DNA of 64,000 nt from a virus, in IMG/VR virus record IMGVR_UViG_3300010413_000018, positions 76,729 to 140,728 of that record. One strand, written 5' to 3'. Made by a program: the position numbers and the translations under genes. Position 1 is the first letter of the stretch. Each line of letters begins with the position of its first letter. Shown here piece by piece: positions 29,624 through 38,374 of this stretch. The notes beneath the pieces are model-generated. The model did not search any database. It was given only the letters and a program-made list of their open reading frames with translations, and was not told the origin of the DNA.

Positions 29624-32377
29624 TTACCCTACCGTTTGGACGCCAATACTATTATGAGCGCCAGCTACTCTACGCGCCAGTTCTCGCGCAAACCAGCTCG
29701 CCATCAAACGATCGCCTGTGTGTGCTTTTGGATCATAGTACAGCATTTCTTCAATCCATAGCCTAATTTGTGGGTCGGTTGCTTCTTTACCTTTACTAGG
29801 AATAATCCATCGGTGATTAGCAAATTCAGTAGCTAGAGCTTCAATACCGAACGTGGGATTAGCCTTGTTTTTTCCAGTGGTGAACGGCACTAACGGGATC
29901 AATTCTGGCCCTTGCTCTAGCACAAACTGAAGAATAAAGTCTTGGGCATTGTGCACTATAAAATCTTCAACGGTAAAACTTTCGTCTTCTTCTACAACTA
30001 AATTGTATACTGTTTGGTTGCATTGTGTGTAAGGATCTTGTTCGATACTTGGGACTTTAGCCCAAGCATGCCCATCTTCAAATAGTAGTTGGCCTCTATG
30101 GTCTTTGTATCCTTTAATTTTGTCTTGTTCCCACCACGTATGCCAATGTATGCGTTCAACGTCTAAAGTCATCTGCTGTTTTAATTTTTTTGTAGCGCTG
30201 CGGCTCATTAATAAATTATAAATTTGGTTTCTGTTGATGACTCTACCTTCAATAATTGATGGTTGCGCGCCTCTTCTACCAATGCGTAAAGATGTTGACA
30301 GCTCAGCTTCTGATAAGGTAGTGCGGGCAAACAGCATCCAATTGCGAGAAATGCTAGTTCCGCGCATAACAAATGATGGATGATTTGTTGTTTTGTTTAT
30401 AACACTAATATTACCATCCCCTAATAACCATCCACGTACGATAGCTAGTCTAAGTTCTAACGGCCATCCTAGCCATTTTATAGGCAAACATTTTTTAGTA
30501 CCAACCCCACATTTTAACGCATCAGCTAATGCGGCACTGTTGGCAATTACGCGTAGGGTGCTTGGTGTTGAACCAACTGTTACGCGTACTTTGCAGCCAA
30601 TTTTTTCTTGCACAGTTTGTTGTATAAATTGAGCTAGATGTTGTTCTTTACTGGATAAAGTCCATGTTACTTGGCTTCGTGTCGTATGTCCTTCAGCCAT
30701 AAATAATCCAAGCACAACCGCAAAGTTTTCATCTATAACAATGCGTTTTGAGCAATCTCTGGTCGTTTTTCTTAATATAATTTGTGCTTTTTTCTTTGGC
30801 CATTTAGGCACCGCAATAGCTGTGTAAGCCGCTTTATCGCGAAATCCATAACTAATCCATTGTGCTTTTCCAGTTGGGCGATGCTTTCCTACATCTGGGT
30901 TTTTATAAGAACCTTTTATCCGTCCAGCTTCACGCATATAAAACCAGTGATTGGGTGTAGTTTCAACTGGTAGGCAACCTTTTCCTTGAGCAGTTACTTT
31001 TGTACGAGATTGGCCTTTTATAAGATCTTTTACTGCTCTCCAGCGATTATTATGGGTCCAAACTAATTCACCAATTTTAATATTTTCTATAGGCTTATAA
31101 CCGGTTTTTGTTAGCACTAAGGTACCTTCAGGAAAACAAGAATTGTTCTCGACGCACACTATGCTACCAAACCGACGGTGTACGTTTATAATCTTAGCCA
31201 CTATTTCCGGTCCGGTCCATTTCCCAGCTTGGACTTCTACCACTTGACGAAAGTTGTTCGGATGCAAAAAGATAGTGAATATTACCGTTTCATCAGCGCT
31301 CGCGTTGCGTTGAACCCCTAAGTCAACACCGGTTAAAAAGCCACCTTCTACACCTTCCGTTAGTTTGGCAATTGCTTCGACAATTTCAATACGTTCGTCT
31401 ACTTCTTCAACTTCGTCCAGCCAACTAGCAGGGGCAAGGTCTGGATGGTAAGCATAAAATTCTGACGCGGTAGTAGCGGTGCAGCATTTATCCCCAGCCT
31501 CTAAACACGCATCCATCCATTCTTGCTTGAATCGCGATTCTGAATCATCCCGCGCTTTACACATCATCTGCCGCGCAAATTCAGTTGGTCCAAGTTCAAC
31601 GCGCTTTCTGGTAATACGATCTTGCGGCCAAGCTTCCGGCCATGCAGCGGCACCCTTTGAGTCTATTAACGGAAATCGCATGGTGTGCCAAACTGCGGTT
31701 TGTTTTTCAAATCGGTGCAACATATCGTCCGGATGCCACGCGGTACCAATAATAATCACGCGTGCATGTCGTGTTAAAGTACCAACTATAGTTGCATGAT
31801 ACCAGTCATACAAATCACGCCGTTGTGACGGATTCATTGTATTTTCAAAGCTTAGAATATCGTCCAAAATGGCCAAGTCGATACGTGCGCCGAGAACCTG
31901 TCCGTGGACACCGATTGCTTGTACTGAAGGATCTCTTTTCGGGCGTTCCGATCGTACGGTAATAGCCGATGAAGTCCACGGTTCTCCAGGTATCAAACGT
32001 GGAAAAATTAACCGTAGCATTTCATTGGTTTCAATATAGTTAGCAATGTTCCGTACGATTTTTTCCGCTTGTCTGAAAGTGTTCGAGATTATTGCTATTC
32101 TTATGTCTGGATTTTTTCCCAGCTCGAATAACGGCCGGCCGACTGCCATTTGGGTCGTTTTACCAGATTCGCGATGTGCGTAAAGTAGTACTCGGTCGTG
32201 AATGTCGCAGGCTTCATGCCATATTTCATGGCATGGTGCTTGAATAACGGTGTTCCCGGAAAACTCATCTTTCAAAACTAACTCAAGAAAGGTATTAATT
32301 TCAGACCGTGCAGTAACTATGCGCGCTTGTCTGGCACGTTCAGCGATTGTGAATTGGTCGGTTTGGTTTTTTTCCAT
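29624..32377 (-). CDS. terL: Terminase large subunit, intein-containing
   Basis: Walker A (HRESGKTT), GARIDLAILDD Walker B, IGTAWHPDD, nuclease GVDLG and GDRLMASWFA. Confidence 0.95.
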   Translation of the reverse strand: MEKNQTDQFTIAERARQARIVTARSEINTFLELVLKDEFSGNTVIQAPCHEIWHEACDIHDRVLLYAHRESGKTTQMAVGRPLFELGKNPDIRIAIISNTFRQAEKIVRNIANYIETNEMLRLIFPRLIPGEPWTSSAITVRSERPKRDPSVQAIGVHGQVLGARIDLAILDDILSFENTMNPSQRRDLYDWYHATIVGTLTRHARVIIIGTAWHPDDMLHRFEKQTAVWHTMRFPLIDSKGAAAWPEAWPQDRITRKRVELGPTEFARQMMCKARDDSESRFKQEWMDACLEAGDKCCTATTASEFYAYHPDLAPASWLDEVEEVDERIEIVEAIAKLTEGVEGGFLTGVDLGVQRNASADETVIFTIFLHPNNFRQVVEVQAGKWTGPEIVAKIINVHRRFGSIVCVENNSCFPEGTLVLTKTGYKPIENIKIGELVWTHNNRWRAVKDLIKGQSRTKVTAQGKGCLPVETTPNHWFYMREAGRIKGSYKNPDVGKHRPTGKAQWISYGFRDKAAYTAIAVPKWPKKKAQIILRKTTRDCSKRIVIDENFAVVLGLFMAEGHTTRSQVTWTLSSKEQHLAQFIQQTVQEKIGCKVRVTVGSTPSTLRVIANSAALADALKCGVGTKKCLPIKWLGWPLELRLAIVRGWLLGDGNISVINKTTNHPSFVMRGTSISRNWMLFARTTLSEAELSTSLRIGRRGAQPSIIEGRVINRNQIYNLLMSRSATKKLKQQMTLDVERIHWHTWWEQDKIKGYKDHRGQLLFEDGHAWAKVPSIEQDPYTQCNQTVYNLVVEEDESFTVEDFIVHNAQDFILQFVLEQGPELIPLVPFTTGKNKANPTFGIEALATEFANHRWIIPSKGKEATDPQIRLWIEEMLYYDPKAHTGDRLMASWFARELARRVAGAHNSIGVQTVG
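29948..31138 (-). mobile_element. Intein (397 aa) with LAGLIDADG-type homing endonuclease
   Basis: Starts CFPEGTLVLT; block B TTPNHWF; LGLFMAEG and VRGWLLGDG; ends VYNLVV...FIVHN; visibly more AT-rich than its flanks. Confidence 0.93.
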
Positions 32378-32421
32378 GCTCAATTTTAGCCTGATTTGCC
32401 CAGATCTGCTATTTTATCACT
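32378..32421. promoter_or_regulatory. Putative divergent promoters for terL and the plus-strand island
   Basis: TAAAAT 5 nt before the terL ATG (minus); TGcTATTTT 6 nt before ATG 32422 (plus). Confidence 0.45.
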
Positions 32422-32790
32422 ATGGCACACAATATCAAAAAAGTTAACCAATGCCTACGTACCCTCAAAACCTTGATCCAAGCGGCGCCGCGCAATTCAC
32501 AGCACACTTTGTATTTGCTTTGGGATGTCGCATATTACGCCTACCTTGCAGCAAAACGTGAAAAAAACGTTGAAGCTGAAATGCTCGCGGTAGCTTCCCA
32601 TCTTGAAAAATTGGTTGGTGATTTACGGGATTGTGGAGTCGCTATTTCCAACGAACCTTTCATACTGAACGTTATTAGTGAACTTCATGATCGTTACGAT
32701 CCACCGCCAGTCGAAATTAAATATGAGCCGGCAGCGCCAACTTTTCGCATGGGTCCAGCTGGCGCACCACGGATTAAAAATGGACGCTGA
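32422..32790 (+). CDS. Hypothetical helical protein
   Basis: First of four overlapping plus-strand ORFs; no competing minus-strand gene. Confidence 0.7.
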   Translation: MAHNIKKVNQCLRTLKTLIQAAPRNSQHTLYLLWDVAYYAYLAAKREKNVEAEMLAVASHLEKLVGDLRDCGVAISNEPFILNVISELHDRYDPPPVEIKYEPAAPTFRMGPAGAPRIKNGR

Positions 32791-33079
32791 ATTAGCTTTT
32801 TCATATGCTGAAAAAATTGATCTCGCGCTCGGAAATCTTCACAATATTGGGGTAAAAGTAAATCTACAGCAAACACGTCGCGCATATTTAGACACTAAGC
32901 GATCCTTTCAAACAGCGCGGTGTGAACGTCGACGCCGACGAAATTTTACAAAAAATCTAGAAGCTTTTGTATTAACCAGTAAGAAGCTATGCGAACTCGC
33001 AGAAAAAGCCGGAGAGCACCCAGAGATTCCGTTAAGCGTAAAAGCGTCTATCAATGCTATGGACGCCGCATTGAAATAG
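32780..33079 (+). CDS. Hypothetical helical protein
   Basis: ATG overlaps the end of the previous gene. Confidence 0.65.
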   Translation: MDAELAFSYAEKIDLALGNLHNIGVKVNLQQTRRAYLDTKRSFQTARCERRRRRNFTKNLEAFVLTSKKLCELAEKAGEHPEIPLSVKASINAMDAALK

Positions 33080-33417
33080 CCGGCCGAGACATTCGCAGTA
33101 TTGTGGGTAACGTATTGCAAAAAGCAAACCGTTGCATCCACACCAGTTCACCTCGCACGCACATTGAAAGCATCAGCAGTTTGTCTGCATTTATTGTTTC
33201 GTTGCTCAAACAAGAAGAGCTTTCTTCTAAAGATTTTGATCGGTTACAGCGCGGTATGAAGCTTATACTAGAGCACGCCGATGCAATTTTTCACGATGAA
33301 TGCTGGGGTGCGCCGGTTAATTCTATGATTGAATTTACTGAAGCAATGGTTTTGCTACGAAAAGAAATCGATATAATTGAAACTTCACGAAAACTTTTAG
33401 AGGAAGTGGTTTTGTAG
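32989..33417 (+). CDS. Hypothetical helical protein (TAxxL-tail group); true start probably later
   Basis: C-terminus EIDIIETSRKLL. Confidence 0.6.
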   Translation: MRTRRKSRRAPRDSVKRKSVYQCYGRRIEIAGRDIRSIVGNVLQKANRCIHTSSPRTHIESISSLSAFIVSLLKQEELSSKDFDRLQRGMKLILEHADAIFHDECWGAPVNSMIEFTEAMVLLRKEIDIIETSRKLLEEVVL

Positions 33418-33752
33418 TGCAACTTTTAGAATTTCAAGCTGCAAATGCCGTCAACCCCCATATTGATAATATGCTGCGCTTAATGAACAGCATGTGTATT
33501 GCAATGCAAAAAGCTCCCAGCGTTAGCTTATTAAAATTAAAGCGCGCGGCTATTCTACGAGTACTTGATACCGAAACGTGTGTTTGTCCTGGTGTTTTTA
33601 AATTTCGAGAATTTGCGCACGTCGCCAGCGGTTTAATTGCTGCAGCCGGGCACAGTGCGGATCCTAGCTGGGCACCACTAGTGCGCCGATTCAATGCAGA
33701 GATTGAATTATACGAAACCGCGTTAGCGTTGGTACGAGAAACGGTTGTATAA
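33417..33752 (+). CDS. Hypothetical helical protein (TAxxL-tail group)
   Basis: GTG overlaps the upstream TAG; C-terminus EIELYETALALV. Confidence 0.65.
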   Translation: MQLLEFQAANAVNPHIDNMLRLMNSMCIAMQKAPSVSLLKLKRAAILRVLDTETCVCPGVFKFREFAHVASGLIAAAGHSADPSWAPLVRRFNAEIELYETALALVRETVV

Positions 33753-34424
33753 ATCACTTAAGCACAGCTGTAGAGCTTCGAGAATGCTGTCTTGATTTAA
33801 GTGAGAGCTGGAGTTGCGGTATTCAATGGGAATTTCGATGTACGACAATTTACTCGCTAGCGCTCGCGCGCGCACTTCGCTTTGATAGTAATGGCCTTCA
33901 GCTTTAAAACTATGCTGATGGGTATGAAGTAAAGCTCCACGCGTATATCCTATGAAACCACTAGTTGCGTCCTTGAATTTAGATCTGTGGCAAAAATTAA
34001 AAAGCCAGGTTCCAAGCTTACTGAGCCAGTAGCGTTTTCTGGATCCTAGATACGATCCGTGATACAAGCGTTCGCCAAATACAATATCCACGTTGGTGTG
34101 TTTTGCCATTCGTATGAAACGCGGTATTTCTGTTGGATCATGACTACCGCCAGCATCCATTTCAATAATAAAATCCACATTATCATGCAACGCGGCTAGT
34201 AAACCGGTCGAATAAACTGCGGGCAGTCCACGCCGAGTTGGAGGCACATTAATTACTATTGCTCCAGCTTCACGCGCTACTTCCGCTGTGTTATCTACGC
34301 TTGTATCGTTGCAGACGTAAACACAGTCTGCATGCTTAAGCGCTTCTTTTACTATTGCCCCTATACTTAACTCTTCGTCCCGACACGGTATTACTACCGC
34401 ACAATACGCGTTGGATGAAATCAT
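33723..34424 (-). CDS. Glycosyltransferase family 2 (DPM1-like)
   Basis: VVIPCRDEE, NDTSVDNT, MDAGGSH and DATSGF motifs. Confidence 0.9.
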   Translation of the reverse strand: MISSNAYCAVVIPCRDEELSIGAIVKEALKHADCVYVCNDTSVDNTAEVAREAGAIVINVPPTRRGLPAVYSTGLLAALHDNVDFIIEMDAGGSHDPTEIPRFIRMAKHTNVDIVFGERLYHGSYLGSRKRYWLSKLGTWLFNFCHRSKFKDATSGFIGYTRGALLHTHQHSFKAEGHYYQSEVRARALASKLSYIEIPIEYRNSSSHLNQDSILEALQLCLSDLYNRFSYQR

Positions 34425-35497
34425 TTGAGGTTCCTTATTGCTTCTTTAAGGGTAATACCTTGCTTGAATCTTGTGATGTTAGTGATCATATTCCAATGCC
34501 GTTTAACGGCTGCCATACGCGCGTCTGACGATAGCTTTAATAAGGCATCAAATTGTTCTTTGAATTCAACCGTTGAAACTACAATCAGATCAGAACAACC
34601 TGTAGCTTCTAAAGTGGTCTTTACACTGGGCTGGATAAAGTTGCTGTATAAAACTGGTAGTCCAGCGCGCCCATTTTCAAAGAAGCGCTCCGCAACAAAA
34701 TCGTTTTTGGCGTAAGCCGGATCCGTCATGTACAGTGTGCATAAATACTTGTTCAAGAGTGAAGCTACCGCGTCTTCCCGCACGCGCCCTTTAAAAGTTA
34801 TGTTGGGGGCGCGTAACTGCACACGACTTCGCCGACTCCACTGACCGTAAATGTCCACCGGAATACCGGTGCCTTTAAACCAGCGGGTTAACTCTTTCAT
34901 TCTACCTGGACGGTCAGACCCAAAGTACGCGACTTTGGGTATTGGATCTAAATGCACTTCTTGGCGACGTCGTTCTAATTCAACCAGTTCAAAGAAGCAC
35001 TGACAGTGGGTGTAATTCACTTCACCGTAGCCAGAACTCTTACTCTTGCTGGCGCGCACTAACCGTTCGTCGACTTGAGTCATTAAAACCCAGTCCTTAT
35101 TCAGCATTGGATCGGGCAGTGCCTTTCCTTTGATTGGACTGGGTTGAAACATGAACGGTAAAGCTACGTCCCATTGGGCGTAAACTGCCTTTCCAGAGTA
35201 GGTCGATAGTAACTGGTACGTTCGCTCGTATCCTGGAAACATTGCGTTCGACGGACCGGTTAGGATGAACGCTAGGTCAAAGTCTTGGATACTGGGAATC
35301 GACGGGATGTACGCAGTAATTCCAGACCCTGGACGCTTCAAGCTACAAGCTGTCGCTTTAGTGGCCTGGTCTACGACAAAAACATCGCCCAGTTCGGCCA
35401 AATACTTAATCACGAAGCTTGTTATAGTACCACCACCAACCGCGCTTTCGATGTCAGTTTGGAGCGGTAGTCCGTATCTCCATAAAGCGATCTTCAC
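34421..35497 (-). CDS. GT-B glycosyltransferase resembling T4 DNA beta-glucosyltransferase
   Basis: YFGSDRPGR...DIYGQW...FKGRV...MTDPAYAKNDFVAERFFE parallels the T4 BGT motifs YGGSFRSGQR...FTGKI...IGDKNYNDNFITLRVWE as recalled. Confidence 0.7.
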   Translation of the reverse strand: MKIALWRYGLPLQTDIESAVGGGTITSFVIKYLAELGDVFVVDQATKATACSLKRPGSGITAYIPSIPSIQDFDLAFILTGPSNAMFPGYERTYQLLSTYSGKAVYAQWDVALPFMFQPSPIKGKALPDPMLNKDWVLMTQVDERLVRASKSKSSGYGEVNYTHCQCFFELVELERRRQEVHLDPIPKVAYFGSDRPGRMKELTRWFKGTGIPVDIYGQWSRRSRVQLRAPNITFKGRVREDAVASLLNKYLCTLYMTDPAYAKNDFVAERFFENGRAGLPVLYSNFIQPSVKTTLEATGCSDLIVVSTVEFKEQFDALLKLSSDARMAAVKRHWNMITNITRFKQGITLKEAIRNLK

Positions 35498-35500
35498 CGG

Positions 35501-36757
35501 CTACTCCTTAGTTGGATCGTATTCGTAAACAACGTTGCCGTTATCATCCAGTTTAACCGGTTTCATGATACCGCCAAAAAGAGTGTACGGTGCTTGGCCC
35601 ATGCGTGGATGATTCCATAGCCAGCGCATGTATTCGAACATCGACATGTCGGCGTATTTTGATCGGTTAGTAGCGGATCCGGTATTAAACCCTTCGGCTT
35701 GGCGGAACAAAAAATCTTTAAGATGCTCCATTTCGCCGGACACTTCGTCCCAACGTACTGACCCGTTTTTCTTGCACTTCAATAGCGCAACAGTAAATTG
35801 ACCTTGGCTGTAATTCCAATCAGGCGGAAGTCCGCAACACGATCCGTTATGGCAACGCTCTTTGAAGTGCGCGTCTGAAACGTAAAAACGAATGCCGGCC
35901 AAGTTGGCCGCCTTTTCCATCTGATCAACGAACGGTCGTTTTAGGTTGCGATTCAAGCGTAGATAGCCACTGCCCAACGAATATTTTTTGTAAAAATCGG
36001 TGTAGTCAAAACCGGCTTGTGCCGAAATTATTGGCAAACGTTTTTGCAGTAATACCGCGCGCGTTTCATAACAGAAAAACTCAGTACTCATAGCAGTCGC
36101 ACCTGCTTCACCGGCTAGCCGAATTAATTCTGTATGAGTTGGGTCAGTAATTCCAATCATGAATGGACGCAACCTAAGAGTGGCACCACCACAGTCGAGT
36201 TTGGCTATCTTTTCAATAGCCTTCAACCGCTCTTTTGGAGTAGGAACGCCGCGCTCAATAACTCTGGCTTTGCGTTCATCCAGCGTTATAATGCTGACTT
36301 TTACGTTCCAGTTCTTTTGGCCGCGAAACAAATCGGTGTAGCGTTCATCGTCAAGCCACCATGTCCCTTTCGTGGAAAAGCACAGCGGATAGTTCAACTC
36401 TTTGAAAAACTGGAGCAGTTCGAGGCCTACTCCGTGCTTCTTTTCAAACCAGCAAAATGGATCGGATAACCCTCCCCATTGCATTACTTTACGTGCGTCG
36501 ACGTATTTACGAAATTGTCCGAGTCCGCGATTTACTTTTTCGTTCAAGAAAATCGCTTTTACCTTTTCAATGTTTACCGGTCTGACTTCACCGGCTCCAT
36601 ACGCTTCTTTACCACCACCGACTGAACGGCGGTAAGAAGCGAAGCAGTACAAGCATCCAAAGCTACAGTTGGAATACTGGTCAAACGTCATCGGCATTGA
36701 ACAGTCAGCTACCTCAGCAGACCAGCGTGGAGAAGGATAAAACTTACCGCACGCCAT
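35501..36757 (-). CDS. Radical SAM enzyme (spore photoproduct lyase-like)
   Basis: CSFGCLYC motif, GGLSDPF, STKG, VSIITLD...IERGVPTPKERL, LRLRPF; extra C-terminal CHNGSCCG. Confidence 0.9.
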   Translation of the reverse strand: MACGKFYPSPRWSAEVADCSMPMTFDQYSNCSFGCLYCFASYRRSVGGGKEAYGAGEVRPVNIEKVKAIFLNEKVNRGLGQFRKYVDARKVMQWGGLSDPFCWFEKKHGVGLELLQFFKELNYPLCFSTKGTWWLDDERYTDLFRGQKNWNVKVSIITLDERKARVIERGVPTPKERLKAIEKIAKLDCGGATLRLRPFMIGITDPTHTELIRLAGEAGATAMSTEFFCYETRAVLLQKRLPIISAQAGFDYTDFYKKYSLGSGYLRLNRNLKRPFVDQMEKAANLAGIRFYVSDAHFKERCHNGSCCGLPPDWNYSQGQFTVALLKCKKNGSVRWDEVSGEMEHLKDFLFRQAEGFNTGSATNRSKYADMSMFEYMRWLWNHPRMGQAPYTLFGGIMKPVKLDDNGNVVYEYDPTKE

Positions 36758-36759
36758 GA

Positions 36760-37419
36760 TTAATTCTTCCCCAGTATTTCTGAAGCCATGTACATGGTTT
36801 TATGACCGTCGATTCCTAAGTAATCGACGATCTCTTGGCGCTCTTCTTCCGACGTGTACACGATGATAAAACTTTGCGTGCGGTTGTCTTCGCCTTCAAT
36901 AGGTGGAGGCGGTAGCGCGTCCGGAATACCGGGATCTTCGAAGTCGTCCAGCATACCTTCAAGCACGTCTTCGTGAATACCGGTTAGGCTCAAATCAAAC
37001 TGAGAATCGTCCAACATGGTGACGATTTCTTTCAACATGTCTTGATCAAGGTGTGCTAATTCTGGGATGGTATTGTCGGCTACTAAATCAGCCAACTCTG
37101 CTCGTTCATCGGCATAGTCTTGGTAGTCAACAGGTACCGATGACATACCTAACCGTTCAGCTGCCATTAAACGACCATGTCCACGAATTATAAAGCCGGA
37201 AAGTTTGCTTACAGTGATAGGTGAGCGCCATCCATTGCCTTGAAACACTTTGGCTAGCGCGGTTACCTGATGGTCTGGGTGTACGTTTGGATTCTTTGGG
37301 TGAGGTTTCATTTCACCAATGGGTACCAACTCGTCGTGCCCACAGTAAATTTTAATTCCATCTACTTCAGCTTGTTTAACAATCGGATCGCTAGTTTCTG
37401 TTTTCTTAGATTTGCCCAT
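36760..37419 (-). CDS. ParB/Srx N-terminal domain protein
   Basis: HPKNPNVH...GWRSPI...IIRGHGRLMAA...LVADN. Confidence 0.9.
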   Translation of the reverse strand: MGKSKKTETSDPIVKQAEVDGIKIYCGHDELVPIGEMKPHPKNPNVHPDHQVTALAKVFQGNGWRSPITVSKLSGFIIRGHGRLMAAERLGMSSVPVDYQDYADERAELADLVADNTIPELAHLDQDMLKEIVTMLDDSQFDLSLTGIHEDVLEGMLDDFEDPGIPDALPPPPIEGEDNRTQSFIIVYTSEEERQEIVDYLGIDGHKTMYMASEILGKN

Positions 37420-37651
37420 TTTCCCTCATCCTTGTAAAGACTTCTTCTACCATTTTTCGGGTTACGAAGTCGTTATCAATTTTTGTATTGCCGTACGCAA
37501 AGCTTTTCATCTGTGCGTCGCGTTCTTCTGACGTCATGGTTATCTTTTTACTTTTGTGAAGTAACCAACGAAAGCGCATGCTGGAGGCATAGCGTGAAAC
37601 TGGTATTGTTGGAATGGTTGCCTCTTGCATAATCCTTCCTTTCTTACGCAA
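37406..37651 (-). CDS. Hypothetical protein
   Basis: EERDAQMKSFAYGN; probable start MQEA after an AAGGA RBS. Confidence 0.65.
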   Translation of the reverse strand: MRKKGRIMQEATIPTIPVSRYASSMRFRWLLHKSKKITMTSEERDAQMKSFAYGNTKIDNDFVTRKMVEEVFTRMRENGQI

Positions 37652-37750
37652 GCTTAATGTAAAAATACTAAGTAGTAAAATTTACGAATACTGGTTATTT
37701 AAAAATAAGCTAAGCAGATTGGTGGTTTGATTAGTCTGGTCAGTGAGCTG

Positions 37751-38137
37751 TTACTCCTCTTCTTCGTCCTCCAAAACGAAGTCTTCTTCGCAATGCGGGC
37801 AAACGTACACGACGTTTTCGCCTTCGATCGCTTCGACGCAAACGTCTTCACCGCAATGAGGACACTCATACATGTCGCACTCTTCTTCTTCTTCTTCTTC
37901 TTCTTCGTCTTCTTCATCTTCTTCCATGACGAACTCTTCGCCACAGTGCGGACACTTGTAGCACTCTTCTTCTTCTTCTTCGTCCATGTCTTCGTCGTAC
38001 GCTTCGTACGCTAGTTGAAGGTAAAACGCTGAGTTCAGCGTCCAGCCTTCCAGTTCCATTTCATCGTGGCACCAACCGTACTCATCGTCGTAGTACCAAC
38101 CGCAGCTCTCAAGATATTCCATTCTTTCTTCCGGCAT
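37751..38137 (-). CDS. Extremely acidic protein with three CPHC motifs
   Basis: AGGAG RBS; poly-Glu tracts encoded by GAA runs. Confidence 0.8.
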   Translation of the reverse strand: MPEERMEYLESCGWYYDDEYGWCHDEMELEGWTLNSAFYLQLAYEAYDEDMDEEEEEECYKCPHCGEEFVMEEDEEDEEEEEEEEECDMYECPHCGEDVCVEAIEGENVVYVCPHCEEDFVLEDEEEE

Positions 38138-38374
38138 TGTTATCTCCTGTGTGTGTTGTGGGTCAAAGTAAAGATCGCTGCTACTGCGTTAGATATAAGG
38201 AAAACGGGTAAAGTGTTGAAATCATATCGTAATACGGTAGCCGCGAACATCAGTAGAATTTAGTATCCCATCGAGGTGCGACTATCGTCAATACTTTTTA
38301 CAGCCATCCCGCGTATCCTCAAAGATCCTCAACACATACGGATCAAGATTTAAACTTGATGTCGCAATTTGCGA

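Noticed and set aside
37699-38014. Poly-Lys ORF 37699..37944 and poly-Phe ORF 37727..38014
   Set aside because: Alternative frames of the GAA repeats in the acidic protein, which has the RBS.
38138-38374. Structured ncRNA or tRNA in intergenic gaps (also 39704-39920 and 43347-43546)
   Set aside because: Only short hairpins were seen (38342-38374, 43420-43445), with no cloverleaf or recognisable family; an Infernal or tRNAscan run would be needed.
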